DNA of 64,000 nt. It comes from an uncultured Pseudomonadota bacterium (GTDB lineage: Bacteria; Pseudomonadota; Gammaproteobacteria; Burkholderiales; SG8-39). Position 1 is the first letter of the stretch; every line of letters starts with the position of its first letter. The position numbers and the translations under genes were made by a program. Location: NCBI GenBank assembly GCA_903921325.1, contig CAIXPL010000028.1:9829-73828 (forward strand), written 5' to 3'. Positions 34,615 through 44,828 of the stretch are shown here, piece after piece. Below the pieces are notes generated by a model that did not search any database, was not told where the DNA came from, and worked only from the letters and a program-made list of their open reading frames with translations.

Positions 34615-35823
34615 TCAGCCGATTGCCCCTTCGGCGCGTAGCGCCTTGATCGCCGCCGCGTGGTAGCCCAGTTCGGTCAGCAACTGGTCGGTGTCGGCCC
34701 CCAGTGCTGGTGCATGTCGATGCGGCAACGTGGCCCCGCCCAGCCGGATTGGATTGACGAGAAGCCGCATGTCCGGGCCTTGCGCCGCGTCGTATTGATG
34801 AACCGAACCGCGCTCATGCACAAAGTCCCGCTCAAGCGCCTGCGCAATGTCATGGACCGGTGCCACCGGAATCGTGCCCTGCAACAGCGCGAGCCAGTGC
34901 GCTGTGGTCTGCATCATGAGGACCGCATCGAGATCCTGAGTGAGTTTGTCGCGATGCTTCAGTCTCGCCGTGAAATCACGATAGTCCGGGTGAGCCGCCC
35001 ATTGCGGACACCCGATCAGGGTCACGAACGGGGCCCAGAATTTTTCCTTGTTGCACATCACAAAAAGCCAACCGTCTGCCGTGCGGTAGAGCTGACTGGG
35101 GGTGAGCGAGGGATGCGCGCCACGCGGTTCACGACCCGTCACAGTGCCAGAATTCAAATACCACGTGCCCGGGTAATTGAGATTGTGAAGTGCAGTGTCA
35201 AACAAGCTTACATCGACATCCGTGCCGATACCCGTGGTACGTGCCCCAAGAATTGCAGCGACCAGTCCAAACGCCGTTGTGAGGCCGGTCATCAAATCGA
35301 CCATCGACAATCCAAACCGGGCAGGCGGTCCATCTGGCTCCCCGGTCACCGACAGGTAACCGACTTCGGCCTGCATCAGATAGTCGTAACCCGGCCAGTT
35401 GACGCGTGAACCCTCACGCCCATAGGCCGACAGATGCGCACACACAATCGCCGGTTTGAAGGCTTTGAGCGACGCGTAGTCCAGGCCCAGACGCGCTGGC
35501 AGATCGCCGCGCAGATTGTCAAAGACGCCGTCGGCTGTTCGCACCAGCGCCTGAAAAATGGCTTGGCCCGCGGGCCTCTTGAGGTCAATCGCGATGGAGC
35601 GCTTGTTGCGATTGAATGTCTGGAAGAACTGACTGTCGCCTGGCGCGAAAAAGTGCGGACCGACCGTTCGACCGACATCGCCCCCTTCGGGCAGGTTCTC
35701 GATCTTGATCACCTCGGCGCCAAGGTCGGCAAGATAAAGCGATCCCCACGGACCCGCGCCATACTGTTCAACTGCCAGAATTCGCACGCCCTGCAGCGGC
35801 AAGCTCGTTGCGGCCATGATCAC
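34615..35823 (-). CDS. Family III CoA-transferase (CaiB/BaiF)
   Basis: LQGVRILAVEQYGAGPWGSLYLADLGAEVIKIE ... FNRNKRSIAIDLK ... DNLRGD. Confidence 0.9.
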   Translation of the reverse strand: MIMAATSLPLQGVRILAVEQYGAGPWGSLYLADLGAEVIKIENLPEGGDVGRTVGPHFFAPGDSQFFQTFNRNKRSIAIDLKRPAGQAIFQALVRTADGVFDNLRGDLPARLGLDYASLKAFKPAIVCAHLSAYGREGSRVNWPGYDYLMQAEVGYLSVTGEPDGPPARFGLSMVDLMTGLTTAFGLVAAILGARTTGIGTDVDVSLFDTALHNLNYPGTWYLNSGTVTGREPRGAHPSLTPSQLYRTADGWLFVMCNKEKFWAPFVTLIGCPQWAAHPDYRDFTARLKHRDKLTQDLDAVLMMQTTAHWLALLQGTIPVAPVHDIAQALERDFVHERGSVHQYDAAQGPDMRLLVNPIRLGGATLPHRHAPALGADTDQLLTELGYHAAAIKALRAEGAIG

Positions 35824-36836
35824 TCTCCGATGAGTCCGAGGTCGCGCGGGCTCAGTGCGCGCAAGGTGGTCTGCACTTGTGCCACTGAACTACCGTGCGG
35901 CGGGGCAAACAGAATATGCGTGATGCCCGCCGCGCGACGTCGCTCAATTGCCGCCACGCACTCGGCCGGTGTCCCGCAGATGGTCAGCTCCCGAATCATG
36001 GCCGCACTGACCTGATCGCGCGCTGCGGCCCGGTCGCCGGATTTCCAACAAGCAAGAATGCGATCGGCCGCTTCGCCAAACCCGATGTCATGCATAAGCT
36101 CATGGTAGAACGTGCCCATGCCACCGATGTAGTAAGCCAGATGATCGGCACAAAGCCCTCGCGCCACCGCGCTGTCGTTATCAACCGCGGTGAGCACCGA
36201 CATCGGGATATCGATAACGCTCGCCCGGCGGCCGTTGACACGGGCACCCTCATCCAGGGGTGCGAGCCGCTGCGCGAGCGCATCGGCTGAAAGGTAGATC
36301 GGGAGCCAGCCATCGGCGATTTCCCCTGTCACCTTGATCGCCTGGGGTTTGAGTGTGGCCAGATAAATCGGGATTCTCGGCTGGACGGGTTTGATCAACA
36401 GCGAGAAACCCTTCAGCCTGAAAAATTCCCCTTCGAAATTCACTCGCTCACCGGCGAGAGCCATGCGCAGAATCGCCACCACCTCACGCATGCGCCGCAG
36501 CGGCCGATCAAAGGCCAGGCCATGCCAGTTCTCGATCACCAGTGGGCCACTCGCACCCAAGCCAATGCGCGCGCGGCCACCGGAGATTTCATCGAGGGTG
36601 GCGAAGCTTTGCGCAAGCAGTGCTGGGGTACGTGAAAAGATGTTGACGATGCCGGTGGACAGATGCAGCCGTTGCGTGTGGCCGGCGATGCGCCCAAGCA
36701 GGGTAAACGCATCGGATCCGAACGCTTCGGGCACCCAGACACCGTCATAGCCGTGCGCCTCTGCCGTGTGGGCGTATTCCACACTCGCGATACGGTGCTC
36801 AGGCCGACTGAACGGCGTGACGTAACCAAACTTCAT
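35820..36836 (-). CDS. LLM-class (luciferase-like) flavin/F420-dependent oxidoreductase
   Basis: MKFGYVTPF.. EAHGYDGVWVPEAFGSDAFTLLG .. GRARIGLGASGP. The stop overlaps the CoA-transferase start. Confidence 0.85.
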   Translation of the reverse strand: MKFGYVTPFSRPEHRIASVEYAHTAEAHGYDGVWVPEAFGSDAFTLLGRIAGHTQRLHLSTGIVNIFSRTPALLAQSFATLDEISGGRARIGLGASGPLVIENWHGLAFDRPLRRMREVVAILRMALAGERVNFEGEFFRLKGFSLLIKPVQPRIPIYLATLKPQAIKVTGEIADGWLPIYLSADALAQRLAPLDEGARVNGRRASVIDIPMSVLTAVDNDSAVARGLCADHLAYYIGGMGTFYHELMHDIGFGEAADRILACWKSGDRAAARDQVSAAMIRELTICGTPAECVAAIERRRAAGITHILFAPPHGSSVAQVQTTLRALSPRDLGLIGE

Positions 36837-36946
36837 GCCCCCTCCTCGGAGTCAGGCGCTCACGATGTGGATGCTGATGGTAACCCGGTTCAACTCAGCC
36901 GCCATTCCCGTACTATGTGCGTGCAGATACAACCCGGATGCCCGCC

Positions 36947-38080
36947 ATGACCCAATCGACTGCTGCTTCTGCACGCCCGCGCGAGGCGGGTATCGTTGGT
37001 GCCGCGATTGTTGCCCACGCGCCCCAGTTTCTTTCCCTTCCAGTGAGCGAAGATCTCGATCAAGTCGCCCGTGTGAAAGCGGCGATGCAGACGGTTGGCG
37101 ACGGGCTGCGCGCGTTGGAACCCGATCTGGTGATCGTGATTTCCAATACCCACGGCGAAGAGCTGGTGTTTCACTGCGTGCCACCTTTTGCCATTCACTG
37201 CGGCGATCGTGCCCAGGGGCGAGATGGTCACAAAGGCTGGTGGGCTATTGACGGCGAAGCGGGCGCGGCGCTCACCGAACATCTGTACGACGAGGGCTTT
37301 GATCCGGCCTTCAGCATGGATCTGGAAGTGGGCACAGCGTTCACCATCCCGCACGAATTCTGTGGCTTTCCCCGCGAACAGGCTTTTCTGCCGATTTTCG
37401 TCAACGCCTACACACCGCCCCAACCGCGGCCGGAACGCTGCTTTGCGTTCGGCCGGGCGCTGGCGCGTTCGCTTGAGCGCATGGGGCGCCGGGCGGTTGT
37501 CATTGCCAGTGGTGGCTTGTCGCACTACCCGGCCACACCGATGTACCCCAAGCCGGACCTGGTAACCGATCAGGAAATCTTTCAAAAGATCGCAGCAGGC
37601 AATCTGTTACATGTCATGAGCTTTGATGCCGACCGGCTTGATCGCAGCGGCAATGTGGAGAACCGGGCGCTGCAGATACTGGCAGGGGCCATTGGTGATC
37701 ATGTCCCGGATCTGGCCGTGTTCGAACCCTCATGGCACCACATTTATGCCATAGCGGGCTGGACCAGTGGCCTCGCTGAATCCTCCTATGTGCCGCTGTA
37801 TCCAGGATTTCGGGCCAGCTGTTCAAGCCTTGGCAGAGCAATCCACACCCTGGTCGTCTCTGACGCCGCGGTGGCCGACTTCCTGGCCGATCGGCGGGCC
37901 TACGCCATGCGTTATGCATTACCCGAAGATCAGATCGAGGCTCTGATCGCGCTCGATGAAGACGTGCTGCGCGAGCGCTATTCGATCAATCCAATGATGA
38001 CTTACCAGGCGAAGAACCGGACCGGTGGCAAACTGAAGAATCGCGAACGGCCGGTGAGCGCAGACAGCCCGTTACGCTGA
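36947..38080 (+). CDS. Class III extradiol ring-cleavage dioxygenase, LigB-like core fused to a LigA-like C-terminal domain
   Basis: The N-terminal ~280 aa (IVGAAIVAHAPQF .. VIVISNTHGEE .. ASGGLSHYP) are LigB-type. The C-terminus VADFLADRRAYAMRYALPEDQIEALIALDEDVLRERYSINPMMTY resembles LigA small subunits. The start is uncertain (36938/36947). Confidence 0.7.
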   Translation: MTQSTAASARPREAGIVGAAIVAHAPQFLSLPVSEDLDQVARVKAAMQTVGDGLRALEPDLVIVISNTHGEELVFHCVPPFAIHCGDRAQGRDGHKGWWAIDGEAGAALTEHLYDEGFDPAFSMDLEVGTAFTIPHEFCGFPREQAFLPIFVNAYTPPQPRPERCFAFGRALARSLERMGRRAVVIASGGLSHYPATPMYPKPDLVTDQEIFQKIAAGNLLHVMSFDADRLDRSGNVENRALQILAGAIGDHVPDLAVFEPSWHHIYAIAGWTSGLAESSYVPLYPGFRASCSSLGRAIHTLVVSDAAVADFLADRRAYAMRYALPEDQIEALIALDEDVLRERYSINPMMTYQAKNRTGGKLKNRERPVSADSPLR

Positions 38081-38145
38081 GCTTCCAGGTGCCATGACGG
38101 AGAGGGAGGTGATCAGTGAACACCTGCTTGCCCGGACTATCACCG

Positions 38146-39330
38146 TCACCTCGACGCGAGCAGATCGGCGCTCAAGTCCGCGATACGGGTGACGCCGCAC
38201 AAGGCCAAGGTGCGTCGCAGTTCTTCCTCCAGAATATCGAGCGCACGCTGGGCACCGGCAGGCCCCTGCGCCACCGCACCGTACAAGGTCGCCCGGCCGA
38301 CCAGCACCCCGCCTGCGCCCATGGCGATGGCGCGGGCAATATCCCCGCCGTGTCGCACTCCGCCATCCATCCATACAGGGATGCGGCCAGCGACCCCTGC
38401 GAGCACCTCAGGCAGGGCCTCCAAGGACGCGCGCCCCCCATCGAGCTGTCGACCACCATGATTGGACACCACCAGTGCATCACACCCCAGTTGCACCAGC
38501 CGCGCGGCATCATCGCCGCGGTTCACGCCTTTCACAATTAATCGCCCCGGCCAACGGTCACGCACTTGCGCCAGACGATCAAAATCAAACGAGGCATCGT
38601 GATTGCGCCCGACCGATGAGGCAAGTGCACTGGCGGCGCGTACCCCACGCGCGGTGGGCTCTCCGCCGTCCATCCCGCGCATGTTTTCCTGAGTGGGCAT
38701 GCCGCGATACAGCAGGCGGGTGAGCCAGCGGGGGCAACTGGCAAAGTCGATTGCATTGCGCGCGGTAAATCGGAACGGTATCCCGAAGTGATTACGCAGA
38801 TCGCGCACCCGCTTGCCACCGACGGCCAGGTCGACGGTAATGATCAGACTCTCGTAGCCAGCTACTCGCGCACGGTCGACCATTTTCCAGAAGAAGGCCT
38901 GGTCCTTGAGAACATAGGCCTGAAACCACAGCCGGCCTCCGGCTTTGTCAGCAATCACTTCAATCGACGTGGTGGCGCTGCTCGAGAGGGTATAAGGAAT
39001 GTTTCTGCGCGCCGCTGCTTGCGCAAGACCGATGTCGGCATCCGGGTGACCGAATCCCGCCGCGCCGGTGGGTGCAATCGCCAGCGGTAGTCCGAGCGGA
39101 CGGCCAAACAGCGCGCTATCGCAATGGACGGTGCTCACATTGCGCAGCACCTGCGGTCGCCACCTTAACTGTTCAAATGCGGCGCGATTAGCCTTTAGTG
39201 TCTGTTCGTCCTCGGCACCCCCGTCATAGAAATCAAACACCGCGCGCGGCAGCCGCGCCTTGGCTAGTGCCCGGAGGTCATCGACGGTGAAACATTGGTT
39301 GAGCGAGCGGGGTGTAGGGGACATGGCCAT
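38146..39330 (-). CDS. Cytoplasmic FMN-dependent alpha-hydroxy-acid dehydrogenase (LldD/mandelate dehydrogenase-like)
   Basis: ORF trimmed to MAMSPTPRSLNQCFTVDDLR. Motifs are VVSNHGGRQLDGG and DGGVRHGGDIARAIAMGA. Confidence 0.85.
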   Translation of the reverse strand: MAMSPTPRSLNQCFTVDDLRALAKARLPRAVFDFYDGGAEDEQTLKANRAAFEQLRWRPQVLRNVSTVHCDSALFGRPLGLPLAIAPTGAAGFGHPDADIGLAQAAARRNIPYTLSSSATTSIEVIADKAGGRLWFQAYVLKDQAFFWKMVDRARVAGYESLIITVDLAVGGKRVRDLRNHFGIPFRFTARNAIDFASCPRWLTRLLYRGMPTQENMRGMDGGEPTARGVRAASALASSVGRNHDASFDFDRLAQVRDRWPGRLIVKGVNRGDDAARLVQLGCDALVVSNHGGRQLDGGRASLEALPEVLAGVAGRIPVWMDGGVRHGGDIARAIAMGAGGVLVGRATLYGAVAQGPAGAQRALDILEEELRRTLALCGVTRIADLSADLLASR

Positions 39331-39553
39331 GTCTCGAATTTTCTGACAAACCCTGCGGTCAAGCGCCGGGCACCTGCTCGCGATAATACAGCCCGAGCGG
39401 TGAGGCGCTTGGTTGCGCCGCAAGGTACGCGTATTGTTCCCGTTGCAAATGATTTGCGGCGGTCCTTAACGGCCGCGTCGCTGCGGTCCGGTTTGACCGA
39501 TTTATCGGAATGACCGCGCGTACGGCCAGCGCCCGAGAGAGAATCAAACCTAC

Positions 39554-39847
39554 ATGAATACCCTGCGGTGCATTGTTTTCTGGGTCCTCGTCATGGGCGG
39601 ACTTGCCATTGGCGCTCAGTACGCGCTGCCCTATCTGCAGGGATTGGCATTGAGTGGTAACCATGGTGCGGCTGCACGACATGTGCGTACGATGGCGGCC
39701 AATGTGACCTACGCCCAGGAACTGCAGAGGGCTATCGCATCAGAACCCGACCGCGCCAGAGCACTGCAACTGGAACATGAGCTTGATCACCTGGAACTTC
39801 CCGACTCGGCCCGCGAGCATCTGCTACGCTCAAGTCCGACTCGCTAA
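39554..39847 (+). CDS. Hypothetical small membrane protein
   Basis: 97 aa with one clear TM helix (CIVFWVLVMGGLAIGAQYAL) and a purine-rich stretch GAGAGAGAA upstream. I recognise no family. Confidence 0.4.
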   Translation: MNTLRCIVFWVLVMGGLAIGAQYALPYLQGLALSGNHGAAARHVRTMAANVTYAQELQRAIASEPDRARALQLEHELDHLELPDSAREHLLRSSPTR

Positions 39848-39870
39848 CGATCGCCCGCACGGAGACCAAC

Positions 39871-40866
39871 ATGCGACCCACCATGCGACCCACCGTGCGC
39901 CGCATTTTTCTGGCGCTCAGCCTGGCTGCCGCAAGCGGAACGAGCGTGCTTTCCTCTGCAACCGTGGCGGCAGACTGGCCGCAGCGACCCGTTCACATCA
40001 TCGTACCCTATCCTGCCGGGGGATCCACCGATCTGGTGACCCGGTTGATTGCTCAGCGACTATCGCAATCGCTCGGTCAACAGGTGTTGGTCGAGAACCG
40101 GCCAGGCGGGGCAACGATGATTGGCACCGGCGCGGCTGCCCGCGCCGTACCCGATGGCTATACGCTGCTTGCCACCGCCAACGTCTTTGCGGTCAACGTC
40201 CTGCTATCGAAAACTCCCAGCTACCAGGTGAGTGACTTCACACCCATCGCGGCAATGGCCGGCTATTCCTACGTGCTGGTGGTCAATCCCTCGTTACCGG
40301 TGCGCACCGTGACCGAGCTGATCGCCTATGCCAAACAGCAACCGGGCAAACTGAACGCAGCATCACTCGGTGCCGGAGGCGTGACCCACCTGCTGACCGC
40401 GCGATTCGAAGCCCTCGCCGGTGTGCCCATAACGACCATCGATTACAAGGGTTCAGCGCCGGCAATGACCGATCTGCTCGGCGGGCAGGTCCAGATGTAC
40501 TTTGACACCCTGATCACCTCGATGCCCAATCTGCGCGCCGATCGCCTGCGCGCCCTGGCGGTCAGTACCCCCGAACGCTCAGATCTTCTCCCTGCGGTAC
40601 CGAGCTTCCGCGAATTAGGGCTATCGGGAATGACCCAGCGTGGTTGGTTGGGGTTATTCGCGCCAGTCGGTACCGCAACGGCAGTCATAGACCGGCTCAA
40701 CCGGGACGTGCGTGCCGCGGTGCAAACAGAGGACCTACGCACACGCTATCTGGCCGATGGCATGTTCGAATTGCCATTCACTCCGCAGGAGTTCGCCAGC
40801 TTCATCAAGGACGACCTCAAGCCCTGGGCCAGCACACTGCGTGAGCTCAACCTCAAGCTCGATTAG
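39871..40866 (+). CDS. Bug/TctC-family substrate-binding protein
   Basis: Signal peptide plus PVHIIVPYPAGGSTDLVTR; GGAG 6 nt upstream. The first 24 nt are a tandem 12-bp duplication (ATGCGACCCACC x2). Confidence 0.9.
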   Translation: MRPTMRPTVRRIFLALSLAAASGTSVLSSATVAADWPQRPVHIIVPYPAGGSTDLVTRLIAQRLSQSLGQQVLVENRPGGATMIGTGAAARAVPDGYTLLATANVFAVNVLLSKTPSYQVSDFTPIAAMAGYSYVLVVNPSLPVRTVTELIAYAKQQPGKLNAASLGAGGVTHLLTARFEALAGVPITTIDYKGSAPAMTDLLGGQVQMYFDTLITSMPNLRADRLRALAVSTPERSDLLPAVPSFRELGLSGMTQRGWLGLFAPVGTATAVIDRLNRDVRAAVQTEDLRTRYLADGMFELPFTPQEFASFIKDDLKPWASTLRELNLKLD

Positions 40867-40875
40867 TGCGCCCTA

Positions 40876-41901
40876 CTACTGTTGTTCGATATGCGCCTCA
40901 CGGGCCACTCGAGACCATTTCACATATTCAGCGCGCAGCGCGCGTGCCGCGTCTTGCGGGGTCTGTGAATCGTAGGGGTCCAGATTGGTCTTGAGTAACC
41001 GCTCGCGCACATCGGCATCCTGCAGCACCTGGTTCATCACCCCGTTGATTCGCTCAACCAGCGCGACTGGCGTGCTGCTTGGGACCAGCATACCGATCCA
41101 GGCACGCACATCGTAATCGCGCAGACCGGCCACGCCGGACTGCGCCAGCGGCGGGATACCTGGCGCAAACTGGGACGGCTCGCGCGAACTCACCGCCAGG
41201 CCACGCAATCGCCCCGCACGCACGTGGGGATAGGCCGATGTAATGCCATCGAACATCAAAGGCAGTTGTCCGCCGATGATGTCAGCCATTGCCTGCCCGC
41301 TGCCTTTATAGGGCACCGCCACGACGTCAACGCCGGCACCGAGTTTGAACAATTCCATCACCATATTGGACAGGCTACCGGCGCCAATATGACCATAGTT
41401 GTAGCGCCCCGGGTTGGCCTTGAGTACCGCGATAAGTTCGGCAACCGAGTGCACCCCAAGCTGCTCATTGGTCACAATGATCATCGCTGTCCAGGCGATC
41501 AGATTCACCGGCGTGAAATCGCGCTCGACATCGTAGCTGATGTTTTTCATCACCCAGGGCGTGATGCCAAAGGCCGAGGAAGTTACCAGCAGGGTCTGGC
41601 CGTCACCAGCGGCCTTGGCAACCAAATCAGTGCCTATCAGGCCCGAGGCACCCGCACGGTTCTCAACCACCACGGGTTGACCAATCCGGGTAGATAGGGC
41701 CTCGCTAATTCCGCGAGCCGCGAGATCGGAGGCATTGCCGGGAGGAAAAGGCACAATGATTTTGACCACCCGCGTGGGCCAGGCTTGCGCTTGCGCTTGC
41801 GCCACGCAGCACGGGTAGACAAAGCTCGCGCAGGCGCTGACAAGCAGAGCGCCCAACTGTTCACGCCATCGACGTCTCACAGGGCTCTGCTGATGTCTCA
41901 T
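40876..41901 (-). CDS. Bug/TctC-family substrate-binding protein
   Basis: VVKIIVPFPPGNASDLAAR, with a signal peptide ending CVAQAQAQA. Confidence 0.9.
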   Translation of the reverse strand: MRHQQSPVRRRWREQLGALLVSACASFVYPCCVAQAQAQAWPTRVVKIIVPFPPGNASDLAARGISEALSTRIGQPVVVENRAGASGLIGTDLVAKAAGDGQTLLVTSSAFGITPWVMKNISYDVERDFTPVNLIAWTAMIIVTNEQLGVHSVAELIAVLKANPGRYNYGHIGAGSLSNMVMELFKLGAGVDVVAVPYKGSGQAMADIIGGQLPLMFDGITSAYPHVRAGRLRGLAVSSREPSQFAPGIPPLAQSGVAGLRDYDVRAWIGMLVPSSTPVALVERINGVMNQVLQDADVRERLLKTNLDPYDSQTPQDAARALRAEYVKWSRVAREAHIEQQ

Positions 41902-42092
41902 ATCCGTCTGCTCCTCACACCACCCGCTTTGCGGGGGCTTGCCTCGCGCGCGGCCATGAGCACCGGGCGCACTTTTTTATGCTACGTTCAACCGCAGTCT
42001 AAGCAATTTTCGACCAGCCGGTCTTGCGCGTGCCGGCAATAGCGTCGATCTACTGCAACGTGGATCCGAATTCCAAGCCCGCCGGAGGACGC

Positions 42093-43145
42093 ATGACCTG
42101 GTTTGCTTACGCCCGCGCCGGTGACAGGCGATTTCTTGAACAGTTTGGTCTTTGCTTCGAGGAATTCGAAACGGGGCAGCGCTTCAAGCACCGCCCGGGC
42201 GTCACTGTGTCTCAGCAGGACAATGCCGACGAGGCACTCGATACGTTAAATGCCGCGATGGTGCATTACGACGCCCATTACTCGGCGCAAACCGCCTGGA
42301 AGAAGCCGCTGATGGTGAGCACCATCACGCTGCAGCACATGATCGGTATGGCCTCGCATACCTTTGGTCGCAAGCAGTACGTGCTTGGTGTATCGGAGAT
42401 TGCGATGACCGCCCCGGTCTTTGGCGGCGACACGCTCTATTCCGAATCCGAGATTCTCGCCACCCGACCCTCCGAGAACCCGTCCACCGGCGTTGTCTCT
42501 GTGGCAACCCAGGCTGTAAAGCCCGACGGAACCGTGGTCGGGCGTGTGGTCTATGAGGTGGCGGTCTATCGTGCCGGTGCCCGGCCTGATGAACACGGCG
42601 TCACCATGGAACCGGCGAGTGAAGAGCGGTTTCGCCTCTATCGAACCGAAGCCGACGGCGTTCTGATCGAGCACTACGGGCTCTACTTTGAGGACTGCGC
42701 TCCGGGTGAGACATTCATGCATTGGCCGCGCCGCAGCTTCTTTGCCGCTGAAGCCACTGAACATGCCTGGCGCTCACTGGAGGTCGGTCCGCAATTTCAC
42801 GACCTTGCCTGGTTGAATGCGCATGAACAGGGTCGGCAGCGCATCCAGGAGACCTGGGTGATCAGCGTAGCCACCGCGCTCACGACGCGCACGTTCGGCC
42901 GTGTGATGGCCAATCTGGGTTGGACCGACATCCGCCTGCCCACGCCGGTGTATGTCGGTGACACCATTCGATCAGAGTCAACCATCGTGGCATGCCGTGA
43001 ATCCAAGTCCCGACCTAACGAAGGCATCGTGACCGTCGACACCCGCTCATTCAATCAACGTCATGAGCCAGTACTGAGCTATCGGCGCAATCTGCTGGTG
43101 TATCGCCGCAGTGCTGCCACGCCGTACACAGCAGCGGGTTACTAG
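42093..43145 (+). CDS. MaoC-like double hot-dog (R)-hydratase/dehydratase
   Basis: ORF trimmed to MTWFAYARAGD (GGAGGA upstream). There are two hot-dog halves, FETGQRFKHRPGVTVSQQDN.. and FEDCAPGETFMHWPRRSF.., each ending in a GDT[LI] motif. Confidence 0.75.
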   Translation: MTWFAYARAGDRRFLEQFGLCFEEFETGQRFKHRPGVTVSQQDNADEALDTLNAAMVHYDAHYSAQTAWKKPLMVSTITLQHMIGMASHTFGRKQYVLGVSEIAMTAPVFGGDTLYSESEILATRPSENPSTGVVSVATQAVKPDGTVVGRVVYEVAVYRAGARPDEHGVTMEPASEERFRLYRTEADGVLIEHYGLYFEDCAPGETFMHWPRRSFFAAEATEHAWRSLEVGPQFHDLAWLNAHEQGRQRIQETWVISVATALTTRTFGRVMANLGWTDIRLPTPVYVGDTIRSESTIVACRESKSRPNEGIVTVDTRSFNQRHEPVLSYRRNLLVYRRSAATPYTAAGY

Positions 43146-43230
43146 CCGCGCGGGCGGACGCGTCAGCCGCGGGCGCACCCGCGCGCCCGGGACCGGTCGC
43201 GATCCGGTGAAAAGAACACTATCTGCAACC

Positions 43231-44004
43231 TCAGGATCCGAAACACTGCTGCGAGCGTACCGCCTGAAGCACACGACCAGCACCCTTTTCCTGAACGAAA
43301 CCGGCAACCTCCAGACGCGACCGGTTCCATTCCGGCGGCAACTGGATTTCGCGGCGGACACTGAGCGAGCCTGCATTCAGCGCAAGCGGTCCGATCCAGG
43401 CGCGTGCCACATGGTCGTGTCCGAGCGTCGCACCCTGATTCTCACCGCGATTCACCTTGGAACTCAGCCCACCTTCAATGACAGTCAGGTAGAGCTCGGT
43501 TGGTTCAGGGCGACTCGTGTTCGCCTCTGCGCTAAGTATCAGCCGGGATTTCTGATCGAGTTCAGCCTGAATATGGATCTGCGCCGTGACCGCTTGTGCA
43601 TTGGTTCGCGCGACCGCAGTGCGCAAATCATCGCGCCAGTCGCGCACCTCACTGCCGCTAACAAAGAACTCTGGCGTATAGATGTCGCGGTGATGATTGG
43701 CTGCCGTCAAAGCGCTTTGGCGATGGGTAAAGCCACTCATCGCATACGGATCCTTCCAGCCAATGTAGTCCCAGTAATCCACATGTAGAGAGAGCGGCAC
43801 TACAACCGCGTCCGGACCAAGCGCCTGCTGCAGGCGACTCAACTGGCGGTCGGCGGGCGGGCAGCTTGAGCAGCCCTCAGAGGTGTAGAGCTCAACCAGT
43901 GCCGCAGTCCGTGCACCGCTTGTGACCGCGCAACTGCCACCGGCCATAACAGGCAGCGCGGCCAGGCAGCCCGCTAGTCCCATACAACTGAAAAGACTTT
44001 TCAT
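43231..44004 (-). CDS. Secreted DUF1223 (thioredoxin-fold-like) protein
   Basis: ORF trimmed to MKSLFSCMGLAGCLAALPVMA (GGAGGA upstream). Motifs are ELYTSEGCSSCPPAD and LSLHVDYWDYIGWKDPYA. Confidence 0.8.
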   Translation of the reverse strand: MKSLFSCMGLAGCLAALPVMAGGSCAVTSGARTAALVELYTSEGCSSCPPADRQLSRLQQALGPDAVVVPLSLHVDYWDYIGWKDPYAMSGFTHRQSALTAANHHRDIYTPEFFVSGSEVRDWRDDLRTAVARTNAQAVTAQIHIQAELDQKSRLILSAEANTSRPEPTELYLTVIEGGLSSKVNRGENQGATLGHDHVARAWIGPLALNAGSLSVRREIQLPPEWNRSRLEVAGFVQEKGAGRVLQAVRSQQCFGS

Positions 44005-44149
44005 ATGTCCTCCGATCCGGTCAATGTGCATGCTCCAGCGCGCAAAGCGCACACGGGAAGCACCACGGCGGGGACACTCAACCCGCCCGTTGCGCGATCC
44101 TGCTACTGCTGATTCGCACCAGCGGACGGTTTGGTTACAGCAGATCCGT

Positions 44150-44650
44150 TCAGTAATCTCCGCCCGAGGTGAACGCCGGGTCGCGATATATCGGGTATTC
44201 CTTCACCAGCCCGGTTGCCCGATCCACTCGAATGTCGCACACCATTTCAAGGGTGCCATCGAGGAAGCGGTAGGTGTAGACCACTTCGTTTAACCCCGGA
44301 TAACGCTCTGTCCCACCCGGCCGGCCAAAAATCAGCAGCACTTCCTCACCGCGGGTGATTCCGGGTTTCAGGTACTTGTGAAAACTCTCGATCGTAAGCA
44401 TCTGCTCGACGCCGCTCACCTGACTGGATCGGTCGAACACGATTTTCCACGTCCGCCGCCCGGCACCTCCCCCGACGTAGTACCAGGCGGTCGAACCGTC
44501 TGCATAGCTACGCGTCTCATGCGGAGTACCCGCCTGATCACGAACCTGGTCACTGCTCATGCCGGGGTGAACGCGCTCGAGATTGAACTGGGCGCACGCA
44601 GCCAGCGCGAGGCTGATTACTATGATTCCGCAGTTCCTTCGAATGTTCAT
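44150..44650 (-). CDS. Lipoprotein with BamE/SmpA-like repeats
   Basis: ORF trimmed to MNIRRNCGIIVISLALAAC (lipobox; GAGGAGAGGG upstream), plus HPGMSSDQVRDQAGTPH. Confidence 0.55.
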   Translation of the reverse strand: MNIRRNCGIIVISLALAACAQFNLERVHPGMSSDQVRDQAGTPHETRSYADGSTAWYYVGGGAGRRTWKIVFDRSSQVSGVEQMLTIESFHKYLKPGITRGEEVLLIFGRPGGTERYPGLNEVVYTYRFLDGTLEMVCDIRVDRATGLVKEYPIYRDPAFTSGGDY

Positions 44651-44828
44651 GCGCCCTCTCCTCGTCGTCACTTTAATTTGACCGCCCGATCAGCAATCCG
44701 CTCCATCGCTGATCATACTGGATCAGCGGTCCTCATCGAGACAGGCATTGAAGCCTCGCTCGTCGCCGCGTCGATAGCCTTTCAGATTCGATCGAGCCTC
44801 TAGTGCAAACGCTCGGGCGCGCTCAGCT

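Noticed and set aside
43146-43230. GC-rich palindromes (GGGCGC-N6-GCGCCC) between the convergent MaoC and DUF1223 genes as an intrinsic terminator; similarly CTCAGGT-N16-ACCTGAG after cbpM (34497-34526)
   Set aside because: The stems are short and no U-tract follows on either strand, so they cannot be called terminators without energy calculations.
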